Shown here: positions 10,252-19,935 of the stretch, piece by piece
Position numbering within the stretch: position 1 is the stretch's first letter
Layout of the letters: each line of letters starts with the position of its first letter
Origin: Candidatus Limnocylindria bacterium
GTDB lineage: Bacteria > Eisenbacteria > RBG-16-71-46
Assembly: GCA_035632955.1 (NCBI GenBank)
Contig: DASQFU010000048.1
Coordinates: forward strand, 3,164-67,163
Length of the DNA: 64,000 nt
Reading direction: 5' to 3'
Notes under the pieces: generated by a model
What the model was told of the DNA's origin: nothing
The model's database searches: none
The model's input: the letters and a program-made list of their open reading frames with translations, nothing else
Made by a program: the position numbers and the translations under genes

Positions 10252-11229
10252 CTACCCGGTCTCCGGTGCGCTCTCGGGCGCCGGCGCCGGATCGTCGCGG
10301 ACTTCGGGTTCCGCCACGGCCGGCCGCCAGGACGAGAACATCTCGTTGCCTGCGGCTTCGCGCACCTGAACGACGGCTCGAGAATGATCGCGGTCGATGC
10401 GTTCGATCACGGGCGTGAGCGCGGCGCCGTGGCGCTCGAGTCCCACGTTCCGCAGTTTCACGGCCCGGCGCTCCAGCAGCTCCCGGAGCATCGCGAGGTC
10501 ATGAACGGCGCCGAGCGCCCGCTGGAGCTCTCGCAGCGGTTTTAGGGGCGCGATCGCGCCGAACACCGGCTGCGCAGATTCGATCACGTAGCGCCACTTC
10601 TTGACCGCGACGCGGGCCGCGTGAAGTCGGACGTCGTCGCTGCCTTCGATTGCGGGGCGGATCGCCTGAAGCGCCGCGTCGCGCGCTGTGGCGATGCGCC
10701 GGCGCGCCAGCTCGCGCGGCTCCGGGAACGCCTGCAGCCGCCCCTGCGCGATTCGGGCGGCGCGCATCACGCGGCGTTCCAGTCCGCTCAGGACTTTCGG
10801 GCGCGCGTTCCGCACCGCGCGCTGGCGCCCGCGCCGCAACCGGCGACGCAGGCGGATCCACAGTGACTCCACGACCATGCGGGACGAGGTCGCGAGCCCG
10901 TGCGCGAGCGTGACGAGTTGGGCCTGGTTGACCTCGAGCTCCCGGATCGGGCCGAGGGCGCGGCGCAGCGTGCGGAGAGAACGGCGCGCGCGGCGCGTGG
11001 CGCGCGGGCGCAGCAGGTCACGCCAGATCTGCAGCGCGGCGTCGAGGCGGCGCAGCGCGACACGGAGATCGTGGACCGCCTCGTCGTCGTCGTCGGTACG
11101 CACGCGCGCGGCCGCGGCGCTCACGGCATGCAGCCGCGTCGCGAGGTCGTGCTCGATCCGGGCGACCTGCTCGACCAAGCGGGTGGGGCCGGCATCCGCG
11201 CCCGGGCCTGGCGAAGGCATCGCAGCCAC
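10252..11229 (-). CDS. CHAD domain-containing protein
   Basis: All-helical, Arg-rich protein with recurring 'VHDLRVALRRL / AVHDLAML' conserved-His motifs characteristic of CHAD. Last gene of the minus-strand operon. Confidence 0.8.
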   Translation of the reverse strand: MAAMPSPGPGADAGPTRLVEQVARIEHDLATRLHAVSAAAARVRTDDDDEAVHDLRVALRRLDAALQIWRDLLRPRATRRARRSLRTLRRALGPIRELEVNQAQLVTLAHGLATSSRMVVESLWIRLRRRLRRGRQRAVRNARPKVLSGLERRVMRAARIAQGRLQAFPEPRELARRRIATARDAALQAIRPAIEGSDDVRLHAARVAVKKWRYVIESAQPVFGAIAPLKPLRELQRALGAVHDLAMLRELLERRAVKLRNVGLERHGAALTPVIERIDRDHSRAVVQVREAAGNEMFSSWRPAVAEPEVRDDPAPAPESAPETG

Positions 11230-11231
11230 CG

Positions 11232-11948
11232 TTAGATCTCCGTCAGTCGGCCTTCGGATGATCGGTCGCTGGTCTCGAGCAGCGAGGAGACGCGGGTCGC
11301 GAGAAAGTTGGCGACGTCATCCACCGGCTGGGTCGCGTCCAACGTCTCGAAAGTGTACTCGCGGGCCAGGTGATCCAGTTCGGTGATCACGCGACCCTGA
11401 TACTCGATGAACGACTCGTAGAGGTCCGCGCCCATCGGCAGATCCATTCCCGACTCCCAATAGTCGAACCCGCCGTTATGGAGCACGCGTGGCACCAGGT
11501 CCGCGACCTCGATGCGCAGGTAATAGACGGCGTCGGGCTTGAGCGCGACCGAGTACACCTGCTTGATCCAGTCGGGCTCCGCGCCGCGCACGATCGCCCG
11601 CGCGATCAAGGAATAGATGTAGCGGTCGGTGAGCATCACGAATCCGGCGCGGAGCGCGGGGATGATCTGTCGCTCGAGCCGGTCGGCGAAATCCGTCGCG
11701 TAGAACAGATTGAACGCGTTCGACCCGAGCGTGTTCCCTTGTTTGGCGCGGCGGATGCCGCGGCTCGCGAGATCGGAGCGCGACAGTCCGGTCTCGGCGA
11801 CCGCGTAACCCAAACGCTCGAGATGCGAGCGCAGCCGGGTGACGTGAGTCGTCCGGCCGACGCCGTCGGTGCCCTCGATCACGATCAGCCAGCCCGACAG
11901 CTCCTCGGGATTGACGCCCGGCACTCCGTAGGCTTCAAACCTGGGCAT
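11232..11948 (-). CDS. thymidylate-kinase-like P-loop protein with degenerate Walker A (GVGRTT, Lys->Arg)
   Basis: 'LIVIEGTDGVGRTT' aligns to the Tmk P-loop EGxDGxGK[ST]T, with Arg replacing the catalytic Lys. 'DRYIYS' aligns to the Tmk DRY motif. Overlaps neighbours by 14 nt and 1 nt. Confidence 0.7.
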   Translation of the reverse strand: MPRFEAYGVPGVNPEELSGWLIVIEGTDGVGRTTHVTRLRSHLERLGYAVAETGLSRSDLASRGIRRAKQGNTLGSNAFNLFYATDFADRLERQIIPALRAGFVMLTDRYIYSLIARAIVRGAEPDWIKQVYSVALKPDAVYYLRIEVADLVPRVLHNGGFDYWESGMDLPMGADLYESFIEYQGRVITELDHLAREYTFETLDATQPVDDVANFLATRVSSLLETSDRSSEGRLTEI

Positions 11949-12642
11949 AGTCGTCCTTGTTCTTGTGAATCCCGGCCAGATGCGCCTTGATGGCGCGCCG
12001 CAGCGCGCGCTGCTGGGTCTCGACCGCCTTCGTGGCGTCCATCACGGTGAGCCCGTATTCCTGAACCAGCGTTTCGTACTCGGCGAGGATGCGGGACTGG
12101 AACAGCTTGTAGGACTCCTGCGGATCGGCATGCAGATCCAGGTCCATCCCCGCCTCGTAGAACTTGAGCTTCGGCCGCCCGGAGAGGATGCGCTTGAGCG
12201 CCACGTCGAGCGGCACCCGAAAGTAGAACGCCTGGGTCGGCACGACGGCGAACCGGTACAACGACCGCACCCAGCGCGGCGGAACGCCGCGCACCACGTC
12301 GCGCGCGAACGCCGTGTACACGTAGCGATCCGCGAGCACGATCGCTCCCGCCTTGAGCGCCGGCATGATCTCGCGCTCGACCCGGTCGGAGAAGTCGGTG
12401 GCGTGGATCAGCGAGAAGGTGAGCGGTGTCAGCAGCTTTTTTCGCTTGCCCCGCGACGTCGTGGCTTTGACGATCGGCGACGAGTTCCACTCGCTGAACA
12501 GCACCGGATACCCTTCGCTGCGCAGCCACTGGGCGAGCAGCGTGAGCTGCGTGCTCTTGCCCGAGCCATCGATCCCCTCGACCACGAACAGCCGCCCGGG
12601 ATGGGACTGAGGCAGGCTGCCATAGGTTCCGGGCTCGCTCAT
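11935..12642 (-). CDS. thymidylate-kinase-like P-loop kinase (canonical Walker A)
   Basis: ORF trimmed to the ATG at 12642 (ATGA overlap with the sixA stop). 'FVVEGIDGSGKSTQ' is a canonical Tmk P-loop. 'ADRYVYTAFARD' is the DRY motif. Confidence 0.75.
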   Translation of the reverse strand: MSEPGTYGSLPQSHPGRLFVVEGIDGSGKSTQLTLLAQWLRSEGYPVLFSEWNSSPIVKATTSRGKRKKLLTPLTFSLIHATDFSDRVEREIMPALKAGAIVLADRYVYTAFARDVVRGVPPRWVRSLYRFAVVPTQAFYFRVPLDVALKRILSGRPKLKFYEAGMDLDLHADPQESYKLFQSRILAEYETLVQEYGLTVMDATKAVETQQRALRRAIKAHLAGIHKNKDDYAQV

Positions 12643-13157
12643 ACCCTGCTTTGCTTGCGGGCGATCCCGCGCAGCACACGCGGCGGCAGGAAGGCGCGCA
12701 GCTCGCCGCCGCCGGCCTTGATCGGACCGTCGAAGGCCACGAGGCACGCGCCGGCCTTCTTGAGCGGCACCGACGACGCGCCGGCGCCGAACAGCAACCC
12801 ACCCGCCAGCTTGCCGAGATCCGGCTCGTGACCGACGAGGAACACGGCATCGTCGGGCTCGAACTGCGACAGGCGCTGGAGTGTCGCGCGCACCGAGCCG
12901 CCCGGCACCAGCGCGTCCAGCGTTTCGATCGTGGTTTCCAGCTCGAGCGCTTCACGCAGAAGTTTCGCCGTCTGCATGCAGCGCACGAGCGGGCTCGAGA
13001 GGACCGATGTCGGATCCGCTTCGAGCCGCGCGAGCCCGCGTGCGGCGCGCTCGGTGCGCTCGGCGCCACGCGGCGAGAGCGGGCGCAGGGAATCATCCGG
13101 CCACCGTGACGAATCACGGCTGCCGGCGGGTCCGTGCCGGAACAGATAGATGCGCAT
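12639..13157 (-). CDS. sixA: phosphohistidine phosphatase SixA (histidine phosphatase superfamily)
   Basis: ATG at 13157 with AGGA RBS. 'MRIYLFRHGPA' contains the RHG catalytic motif. ~172 aa. Confidence 0.8.
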   Translation of the reverse strand: MRIYLFRHGPAGSRDSSRWPDDSLRPLSPRGAERTERAARGLARLEADPTSVLSSPLVRCMQTAKLLREALELETTIETLDALVPGGSVRATLQRLSQFEPDDAVFLVGHEPDLGKLAGGLLFGAGASSVPLKKAGACLVAFDGPIKAGGGELRAFLPPRVLRGIARKQSRV

Positions 13158-13423
13158 GGTCGTAATCCTTGGCGCCTGTGATGCCTGCGTACGTCGCGGG
13201 GTTTCGGTGCTTGGCGTACCGAATCGCCCGCGTCCTCGCGCCTTGCGGCGGGAACAGCGAACGCAGCCTAGCATCGCCCATCGAGGGCCAGCAACGGAGC
13301 CGGGCCGCGCTCCGTAATGATCTGCACCGCATGGCCCTACACGGCCGCTGGGTTGCCGTCGTGGTCGGCGGTCGGCCTCGGTTAGACTGCGACGCGCTTT
13401 CCAATCGATCGTTAGGAGGATCC

Positions 13424-14110
13424 ATGACGCCAATCGCCCGCCGCAGGATTCCCATCGCCGCCGCGCCGGTTTTCCGCTGCGTGAAGCTCGTGCTCGCGGT
13501 CTCGCTCGCCGCCGTGCTCGGCGCCGGCAGCTCCGCGAGCCAGACGTCGCAGCCGACGCGCGCGTCCAGCGAGTCAGGGCCCCGCTCGGAGCGCAGACCT
13601 CAGCCGCGACCGCACGGCTCCAAAGTGACCGTGGCGCCGGAGCAGGTGGAGGTGGACGACGGCGACACGGCCGTCATCCGCTGGAGCGCGAGCGACGCCG
13701 AGACGGTGCGCTTCCTCGGCATCGACACTCCGGAGACGCGGCACGTCCCGCACGATCTCCCCTACGCGCAGCCGTTCGGACCCGAGGCGCGTGCGTTTGG
13801 GCAAGGCGCCTTCGCCGCCGCCACCCGCATCGAGCTCTTGCGCAGCTCGAGTCTCGATCCGTACCGCCGCACACTCGCGTACTTCTTTCTGAACGGGAAG
13901 AACTACAGCGTGCTCGTGGTCGAGGCGCGACTCGCCGAGGAGAGCATCTCGCGTTACGGCGACAACGGACTGAAGCAGGAAGCGGCGGACGTGCTGGCGG
14001 CTGCGAAGCGGACCGGGCCGTTGCCGTTCGAGTCACCGTCCGACTACCGCAAGCGCATGCGCGACGTCTCGCGCTGGATGAAGGACCGGGGGATGAGTCC
14101 CGAGCAGTGA
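13424..14110 (+). CDS. thermonuclease (SNase-like) family protein, secreted
   Basis: ATG with AGGAGGA RBS. Signal peptide. 'DGDT...RFLGIDTPE' are SNase catalytic motifs. Confidence 0.75.
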   Translation: MTPIARRRIPIAAAPVFRCVKLVLAVSLAAVLGAGSSASQTSQPTRASSESGPRSERRPQPRPHGSKVTVAPEQVEVDDGDTAVIRWSASDAETVRFLGIDTPETRHVPHDLPYAQPFGPEARAFGQGAFAAATRIELLRSSSLDPYRRTLAYFFLNGKNYSVLVVEARLAEESISRYGDNGLKQEAADVLAAAKRTGPLPFESPSDYRKRMRDVSRWMKDRGMSPEQ

Positions 14111-14150
14111 AGCTCGCGGCGCCGCGCAACGCGCTCGCGAGCGCGTGACA

Positions 14151-15971
14151 CTAGGGCGCCAGCACGTCCTCGGGCGGACGGCGGAGCGCGCGGGCGATCG
14201 GAATCAGGCTGTACTCGGGATCGGCCCAGCGCGAGCGGTCGTAGAAGAACGCGAGCCGCAGATCGGGACTCTTCGCGAGCGCGGGATCGGATCGCAGCCG
14301 CGCCTCGAACTCTCGCGCCAGGGCGGGGTCGTCGCGCAGCATCTGCCGCGCGATCGGCTCCATCACGTAGGGCTCGGCGTATTCCTTCTTCTGCAGCACG
14401 GTGTCGAAGGCGTTCCAATGGAACAAACCGTCCGGCGCCTGGGACTCGAACAAGTGCACCGCGACCAGCGCCGAGCGCTGATCGAGCGGCACCCAAAGGT
14501 CGCCGGGGCGGAACGTCCGCTGCCGCCGCACCAACTCGACCTGGATCACGCTGTCGGGAACATGCCCCTCGAACAGCGGCCGCGTCTTCCACGACACGAT
14601 CCGCTCCTGCTCGACGGTGTCGCTCCAGGCGCGCGTAAAACGTCGCGTGCGCACGCTGTGGATCGCGAGCCGCTCGGTCGCCGCCGTCCACTCCTGCGGC
14701 ACAAAGTATCCCACCGGCTGGCGCACCGTGATCTCGGGCTCGAGCTCCCGGAACAGCGGAATCAGAGTGTCCCACGGTGCAGTGCCGTAGCGCGGAACCG
14801 TCGTGCCGAGCACAGCGCTGAACTCGTAGCGCGTCGCCACGCCCCGGTACGGGAACGGCTCGCTGCGGCTCGTCAGGCGCGACGTCAGATCCACGGTCCG
14901 GAGCGCCTGGTCTGCGTTCCGGCCGCGCGCGACGACGTCGCTCTCGGCCTCGGACACCGCCGATCTCAATGCCGCCGGCCGGGCGTTGATCTCTTCCAGT
15001 AGCGCGACCAGGAGGTCGTAGGTGGCGCGCACGCGGCTCGCGTACGGCTTCAGCACGTGCGTCTCGACCAGCACGCTCGCCCGGCATTGCAGCGACGTGT
15101 AGCCGCTCGAAAACCGCGGGGACGTGCCCTCGAACTTGATCCCGGAGCGCGGATCGTTGGTGGTCACGAAGTCGAGATAGGGCGCCGGCAGATGCCCGAT
15201 CGCCGCCAACCGCGACACGACGCGTCCTTCGAACGCATCGACCAGCCAGCGCGTCACGGGATCGGGCGAGGTCGGCCCGTGGTTGAAGCTGTAGGTCACG
15301 TCGTGGCGATAGTCGGCGCCGTTGGTGGTGTGGTTGTCGACCAGCAGATGTGGCCACCAGCGCGTGTAGACGCGCGACAGCATGGCGCGCATCTCCGGAG
15401 CCTCGGCCTTGACGTAGTCGCGATTGAGATTGAGCCCGATCGGCGTCGCCCGCCACCCCATCTCTTCGGGCCCGTTCTGGTTGATGCGGTTGTAGCGGCT
15501 GCGGCGCTCGTGCGCGTCGACCGAGAAGATCGGCAGCACCAGCAGCACGACCTCGTCGAGCAGCGCTTCGCGCGTGCGCGTCACCACCATGTCGCGCATC
15601 AGCGCGAGCGACGCATCCTTGCCCTCGATCTCGCCGGAATGAATCCCGTTCTGGATCAGGACGATCGGCTTGCCGAGCGCCAGCGCCTGCTCGGGCGTGA
15701 ACGCGCGGTCCTTGGACAGGATGACGAGCGGCAGATCGCGTCCCTGGCCACTCCGGCCGTAGCTCTCGACCTTGACCCATGTCGAGGCGGCCTCGAGCGC
15801 GCGGCAGAAACGCATGGTTTCGTCGTAGTCCGCGGTCTGCCGGTAGGCCGAACGCTCCGCGCGCGTCTTCCAGTAGGCGGGAACCGCGAGCGTGTCGGGT
15901 GCGGGTTGGGCGGCGGCGGGCGCCGCGAGGAGAGTCAGCGCCGCGAGTCGGCGGAGCGTGCGCGAGAGCAT
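14151..15971 (-). CDS. M14 family zinc carboxypeptidase, secreted
   Basis: Signal peptide. 'GIHSGE' HxxE zinc-binding motif. Size and domain order consistent with peptidase M14. Confidence 0.8.
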   Translation of the reverse strand: MLSRTLRRLAALTLLAAPAAAQPAPDTLAVPAYWKTRAERSAYRQTADYDETMRFCRALEAASTWVKVESYGRSGQGRDLPLVILSKDRAFTPEQALALGKPIVLIQNGIHSGEIEGKDASLALMRDMVVTRTREALLDEVVLLVLPIFSVDAHERRSRYNRINQNGPEEMGWRATPIGLNLNRDYVKAEAPEMRAMLSRVYTRWWPHLLVDNHTTNGADYRHDVTYSFNHGPTSPDPVTRWLVDAFEGRVVSRLAAIGHLPAPYLDFVTTNDPRSGIKFEGTSPRFSSGYTSLQCRASVLVETHVLKPYASRVRATYDLLVALLEEINARPAALRSAVSEAESDVVARGRNADQALRTVDLTSRLTSRSEPFPYRGVATRYEFSAVLGTTVPRYGTAPWDTLIPLFRELEPEITVRQPVGYFVPQEWTAATERLAIHSVRTRRFTRAWSDTVEQERIVSWKTRPLFEGHVPDSVIQVELVRRQRTFRPGDLWVPLDQRSALVAVHLFESQAPDGLFHWNAFDTVLQKKEYAEPYVMEPIARQMLRDDPALAREFEARLRSDPALAKSPDLRLAFFYDRSRWADPEYSLIPIARALRRPPEDVLAP

Positions 15972-16029
15972 CGCCGCACGATATCACGGGCGGGACCGAC
16001 GATTGCCGCCGGCCCCGCCCGCGAATGTG

Positions 16030-18603
16030 TCAACGAATCACGCTCACGCGCGCGGTCAGCGAGCGCTCGCCCTGAACGAGCCGCACGACGTACACCCCCG
16101 GCTGGAGCGGGCTGCCGTCGTTCAGATTGACGAGATGCGAGCCGGCGCCGAGCGTGCCGACGGCGCGCTCGCGCACCCGGCGCCCGGCGATGTCCAGCAG
16201 CTCGAGCGTGGCGGGCTCGGGGCCGGCGAGCGAGAACCCGATCCACAGATCACGATCGGTCGGGTTCGGTCGCGCGCCCTGGAGCGCGAAGCGCGCCGTG
16301 CTCGGGACCTCGATCCACGCCTCTCCGCTCAGCACCTCGCCTTGACCGTCGTCGATGCCGAGACGATAGCCGTAGCGGGAGCCCGGCGCGACGTCACGAT
16401 CCGCGTACTCGACGAGTCCCGCACCGTTGGGGGCGGGCGAGGCGATGACGTTCCAATCGCTGGACTCCGTGCGCCGGTACACCGCCGTCGTGACCGGCCG
16501 ATCCGCCGCCACGTGCCAGACGAGCTGCACGCGGTCGCTCTCGGCGCTCACGTGCGCGAGCGACACCTGGATCGCGGTGAACGCCAGGTCGACGCGCCCC
16601 ATGAACACGTCCACGTCGCTGTTGCGGCCGTCGGACCACGCCACGTAAACCGCGTCGTTGTTCGCGAACAAGCAGATGTAGTCGCCCTGATTCGGGGCGA
16701 TGTTGCTGACGATGTTGGTCCAGTCGGTGCGCACGTCGGTCACCGGCGAGCCCGGCAGCCAGGAGACGCCGCCGTCTTCCGAGCGGGTCAGGAACGTGTG
16801 CGAACCGGAGCCGCAAATGGAGGCCGGCGCGTCGCGCCAGTCGTACCACGCGAGGTAGGGCTTGCCGGCGCTCGACACGCCGACATCGGGCAACCAGTCG
16901 TCGCGGTTGGCCGGGCTGTCGCTGGCGCGTACCGGCGTCGTCCACGACGTGCCGGTGGTGGACGTGGTCGTGAACACGTCGCGATGGTCGCGCGACCGCT
17001 CCGTGACCGCGCCGTTGAACCCGGTATCGATGGTGTAGGCGCCGGTGCCGGCGGGGCCGCCGCTCGAAGGGGTCAAGGATGCGACGCGGAGGAAATAGTC
17101 GCCTGTGGTCGGCAGCGTGAACACGACCAGGGCCTGGCCGTTCGCTTCCGAATCCGAGAACGCGAGCCGGCTGTTCTGGTCGGTGCAGAAGATGCGGAAC
17201 GAGCAGATGAGGTCGGCGTCGCTCTCGCTCAGGGCGCAGATGATCGTCTGCCCCGCCGCGCCACTGAACCGGTAGTAGTCGAAGTCGTTGATGTTGCCGA
17301 TCTGGCCGCTGATGTTCTGGCTGGCCGTGAACAGATCCGCAGTACCCGGCAGGTCGTTGCTCTCCGACTCGAGGACGGTCGTCGAGGTGCCGAGGTTGTC
17401 GTTGTAGAAGTTGATCGATTCGTTCCAGGTCAGATAGACTCGGCCCCGGAACGGACCGCTGCTGCGGTCCACGGCGAGGCTCGGGAACGTGATCCCCATG
17501 CCGCGGTTGAAACCCGGGGCGCCGGTGCCGAAGTTGGCGAAGTACGAAGCCGCCGTCACCTGCGAGCCGAACGTGGCCCCCGCGGTCGTCGACTTCCGGA
17601 CGCGGAAGAAGTCGACGTCAATCGGTCCGATCGCCGCCCAGACGACATAGAGCTCGCCGTCGGGTCCCATCGCCGGGCGCGATGCCTGGACCAGCCCGGC
17701 GTCTCCCGCCGACGAGATCGTGGTCGCCGTGCTCCAGGCCGCAACGTTGGTCGGGTCGGTCTGGATCTGGAAGTCGATCTGGTTCGCGCTCGGCGTAAAG
17801 TTCGTGTACGACACGTAGAGATTACCGCTCGCCGAGTCGGCGACCACCCAGACCTTGTCGAGGAAGTTGGAGCTGTTGTTCACCGAACGGACCAGCTTCG
17901 GCGTCCCCCAGGTGAGCACGCCGCCGACGAACGTGCCGCGCACGACACCGACGCCGTTGGTGGAGCCCGACGGGTTGCAGAGCGCGGCAAAGTAGAAGGT
18001 GCCGGTTTTCTCGTTCACGGTCAGGACCGGATCGCTGGTCCACTCACCGATGCCACCCGTGACCGGCGGCGCGCCGCCGTCGATCCACGTCTGCCCGCCG
18101 TCGTTGGAGTAGGCATAGCCCTGGGTGCTGAGTCCGGTGTGGAAGCCCTGGCCGTCGTTCCAGGCCGCGATCGCCTGAACGCCCAACGCGGCGATCGACA
18201 CTTCCGCCTGCCCGGCGTCGGGATTGTCGCCGGCGCGGTTGTTGAGCTGGCGGTTCGGCGCCAGATTCGCCTGTAGGCGCTCCGGAGCCGGAGCGTCGAA
18301 GCGGTGGTCGCGCGCAAGCTGCGCGGCGCCCTGGCGCCCGCCCGGCTCGCGCATGTCGGCCGGCACGCGGCGGCGCGCTCCGGAACCGGCTGCCGGCGGC
18401 TTCGTTTTCGCGAGCTTTCGGGCCCGAGCGAGCCGATGCCGCGCCCCTTCCATCAGCTTCGCTCGCTGCGTCTGTTTGAACTGGCGCGCGCGCTGCTCGA
18501 CGCTCATCTCGCCGGCCGCGGCGCGCAGCGGCGTCTCGATCAGCGCCGCCGCGAGCACGGCGATGGCGAGCGACGTCCAGCGCGCTCGGAATCGGAGAGT
18601 CAT
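16030..18603 (-). CDS. BNR/Asp-box repeat protein (sialidase-like beta-propeller) with PPC domain and FlgD-Ig-like C-terminal domain
   Basis: ATG at 18603 with AGGAAG RBS. Signal peptide. Multiple S-x-D-G-G-x-[TS]-W Asp-box repeats. A 'SNDLPGTADL...DFDYYRF' pre-peptidase C-terminal-like segment. C-terminal ~85 aa resemble FlgD/T9SS-type sorting domains. Confidence 0.75.
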   Translation of the reverse strand: MTLRFRARWTSLAIAVLAAALIETPLRAAAGEMSVEQRARQFKQTQRAKLMEGARHRLARARKLAKTKPPAAGSGARRRVPADMREPGGRQGAAQLARDHRFDAPAPERLQANLAPNRQLNNRAGDNPDAGQAEVSIAALGVQAIAAWNDGQGFHTGLSTQGYAYSNDGGQTWIDGGAPPVTGGIGEWTSDPVLTVNEKTGTFYFAALCNPSGSTNGVGVVRGTFVGGVLTWGTPKLVRSVNNSSNFLDKVWVVADSASGNLYVSYTNFTPSANQIDFQIQTDPTNVAAWSTATTISSAGDAGLVQASRPAMGPDGELYVVWAAIGPIDVDFFRVRKSTTAGATFGSQVTAASYFANFGTGAPGFNRGMGITFPSLAVDRSSGPFRGRVYLTWNESINFYNDNLGTSTTVLESESNDLPGTADLFTASQNISGQIGNINDFDYYRFSGAAGQTIICALSESDADLICSFRIFCTDQNSRLAFSDSEANGQALVVFTLPTTGDYFLRVASLTPSSGGPAGTGAYTIDTGFNGAVTERSRDHRDVFTTTSTTGTSWTTPVRASDSPANRDDWLPDVGVSSAGKPYLAWYDWRDAPASICGSGSHTFLTRSEDGGVSWLPGSPVTDVRTDWTNIVSNIAPNQGDYICLFANNDAVYVAWSDGRNSDVDVFMGRVDLAFTAIQVSLAHVSAESDRVQLVWHVAADRPVTTAVYRRTESSDWNVIASPAPNGAGLVEYADRDVAPGSRYGYRLGIDDGQGEVLSGEAWIEVPSTARFALQGARPNPTDRDLWIGFSLAGPEPATLELLDIAGRRVRERAVGTLGAGSHLVNLNDGSPLQPGVYVVRLVQGERSLTARVSVIR

Positions 18604-18658
18604 CGGGTCTTCCTTTCGAAGCAGGGCGAGGGAGCGACGCGAATCGCACCCGTTCATA

Positions 18659-19477
18659 TCAAGGGCCGGCCGCGGTTGGGGAAGCGCTGGCGAGCGCGGG
18701 ACCGAACTCCAGAATGAAATGTGAGAGGAGACCGGGCCAGAGCGAGCCTCCGGCCAAGTCTCGCATCAGTCCCCACCACAAGCCAAGCGGCAAGGAGATA
18801 CCGACCACGTGGAACAGCCAGGAAGCCGCCGGCACGTCCACGCCGGGCAGGAAGCGCAGCGAGCGCATGGCCGTGAACGCGAGTGCGGGCACCACCACTC
18901 TGGCCCAGCGATTCGTCCGCGGGTCGAGCGAGCCCTGGAGATATCCGCGGAACAGCAGCTCCTCGGGCAAGGCCGAGCCCACGATCGCGAACACCAGCGC
19001 GAACACAAGACTGTCGGGGGTCACGGTCACGATCCCGGCGGTCACCTCCGCGTAGCGGCGCGCGGAGTAGAAGAACGCGATGCCGACCCCGAGCGCCAGC
19101 GTGAGCGCGAAGCGAGTCGGCCGCCCGCCGCGGAATCCGTAGTCGCGCCAGGCATGGCCCTCGGCGATCGCCATCACCCACACGAACAATCCCAGCGTCA
19201 CGAACATCACATCCCCGAGTGCGAGCAGCCAGGGACTGTGCTCGCGCGCGAGCAGCGCGGGAGCGACCACACGGGCGAAGCATCCGGAGCACAAGGCGTA
19301 CACCAGTGCATAGAACAGCGCCCGGCGCGTGCCGTGCGCGGAACGGAGCGGCGGGCTTTGCCGGCGGGCCGTCAGGATCGCGAGCCCGGCCACGAGCAGC
19401 AGAAAGCCCGCGACCAGAAATCCGAGCAACGGCTGAGCGTCGGGTGGGGACAGCCTGGCGCCGGCTAGGAACGCCAA
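18659..19477 (-). CDS. CPBP family intramembrane metalloprotease (CAAX protease-like)
   Basis: Polytopic membrane protein with 'EELLFRGYL' and 'FxxxH' motifs. Confidence 0.8.
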   Translation of the reverse strand: MAFLAGARLSPPDAQPLLGFLVAGFLLLVAGLAILTARRQSPPLRSAHGTRRALFYALVYALCSGCFARVVAPALLAREHSPWLLALGDVMFVTLGLFVWVMAIAEGHAWRDYGFRGGRPTRFALTLALGVGIAFFYSARRYAEVTAGIVTVTPDSLVFALVFAIVGSALPEELLFRGYLQGSLDPRTNRWARVVVPALAFTAMRSLRFLPGVDVPAASWLFHVVGISLPLGLWWGLMRDLAGGSLWPGLLSHFILEFGPALASASPTAAGP

Positions 19478-19935
19478 CGGAACACCATGAGGATCAGCAG
19501 AGCGAGATAGAGCAGGCTCAGGAGGGCGTTGCCGAGACGCCAGCGCCGCATCAGACGGTCGAACGCCGGAGCTTCGCCGCCGGCCAGGCTCTGCTTGGCC
19601 TGCTGGCGGGCGGCCGAAAGCGCCGGCAGGCTGACGAACGCCATGACCAGGAGCGCGAGCAGCCAGAGCGCATTGACCCAGCGAATCCAGTCATCGCTCG
19701 CCATCCGATAGCCGAGCCGGACCGAGAGCAGGTTGCCGAACACGCCGAGCAGCACCAACGAGCCGAGCCCGGCGGTGCGCGACGACAGATGCAGGATGTC
19801 GAGCAGCAGCACGCGCTGTCCCCAGTCGGAGGTCGCGCGCGCCGCGCGGCCGTTCCAGTCCGAGAGCACGAGACTGCCGACGAAACTGAACGCGAAGAAC
19901 AAGTGCAGGAGCTGCCAGATATTGTCGAGCGGCAT
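19465..19935 (-). CDS. small membrane protein (DUF2269-like)
   Basis: Four predicted TM helices. 13-nt overlap with the downstream CPBP gene. Confidence 0.5.
   Translation of the reverse strand: MPLDNIWQLLHLFFAFSFVGSLVLSDWNGRAARATSDWGQRVLLLDILHLSSRTAGLGSLVLLGVFGNLLSVRLGYRMASDDWIRWVNALWLLALLVMAFVSLPALSAARQQAKQSLAGGEAPAFDRLMRRWRLGNALLSLLYLALLILMVFRWRS

Noticed and set aside
15892-18276. 794-aa plus-strand ORF
   Set aside because: Antisense shadow of the BNR-repeat gene. It is R/G/A-rich with low-complexity composition typical of spurious ORFs in 70% GC DNA.
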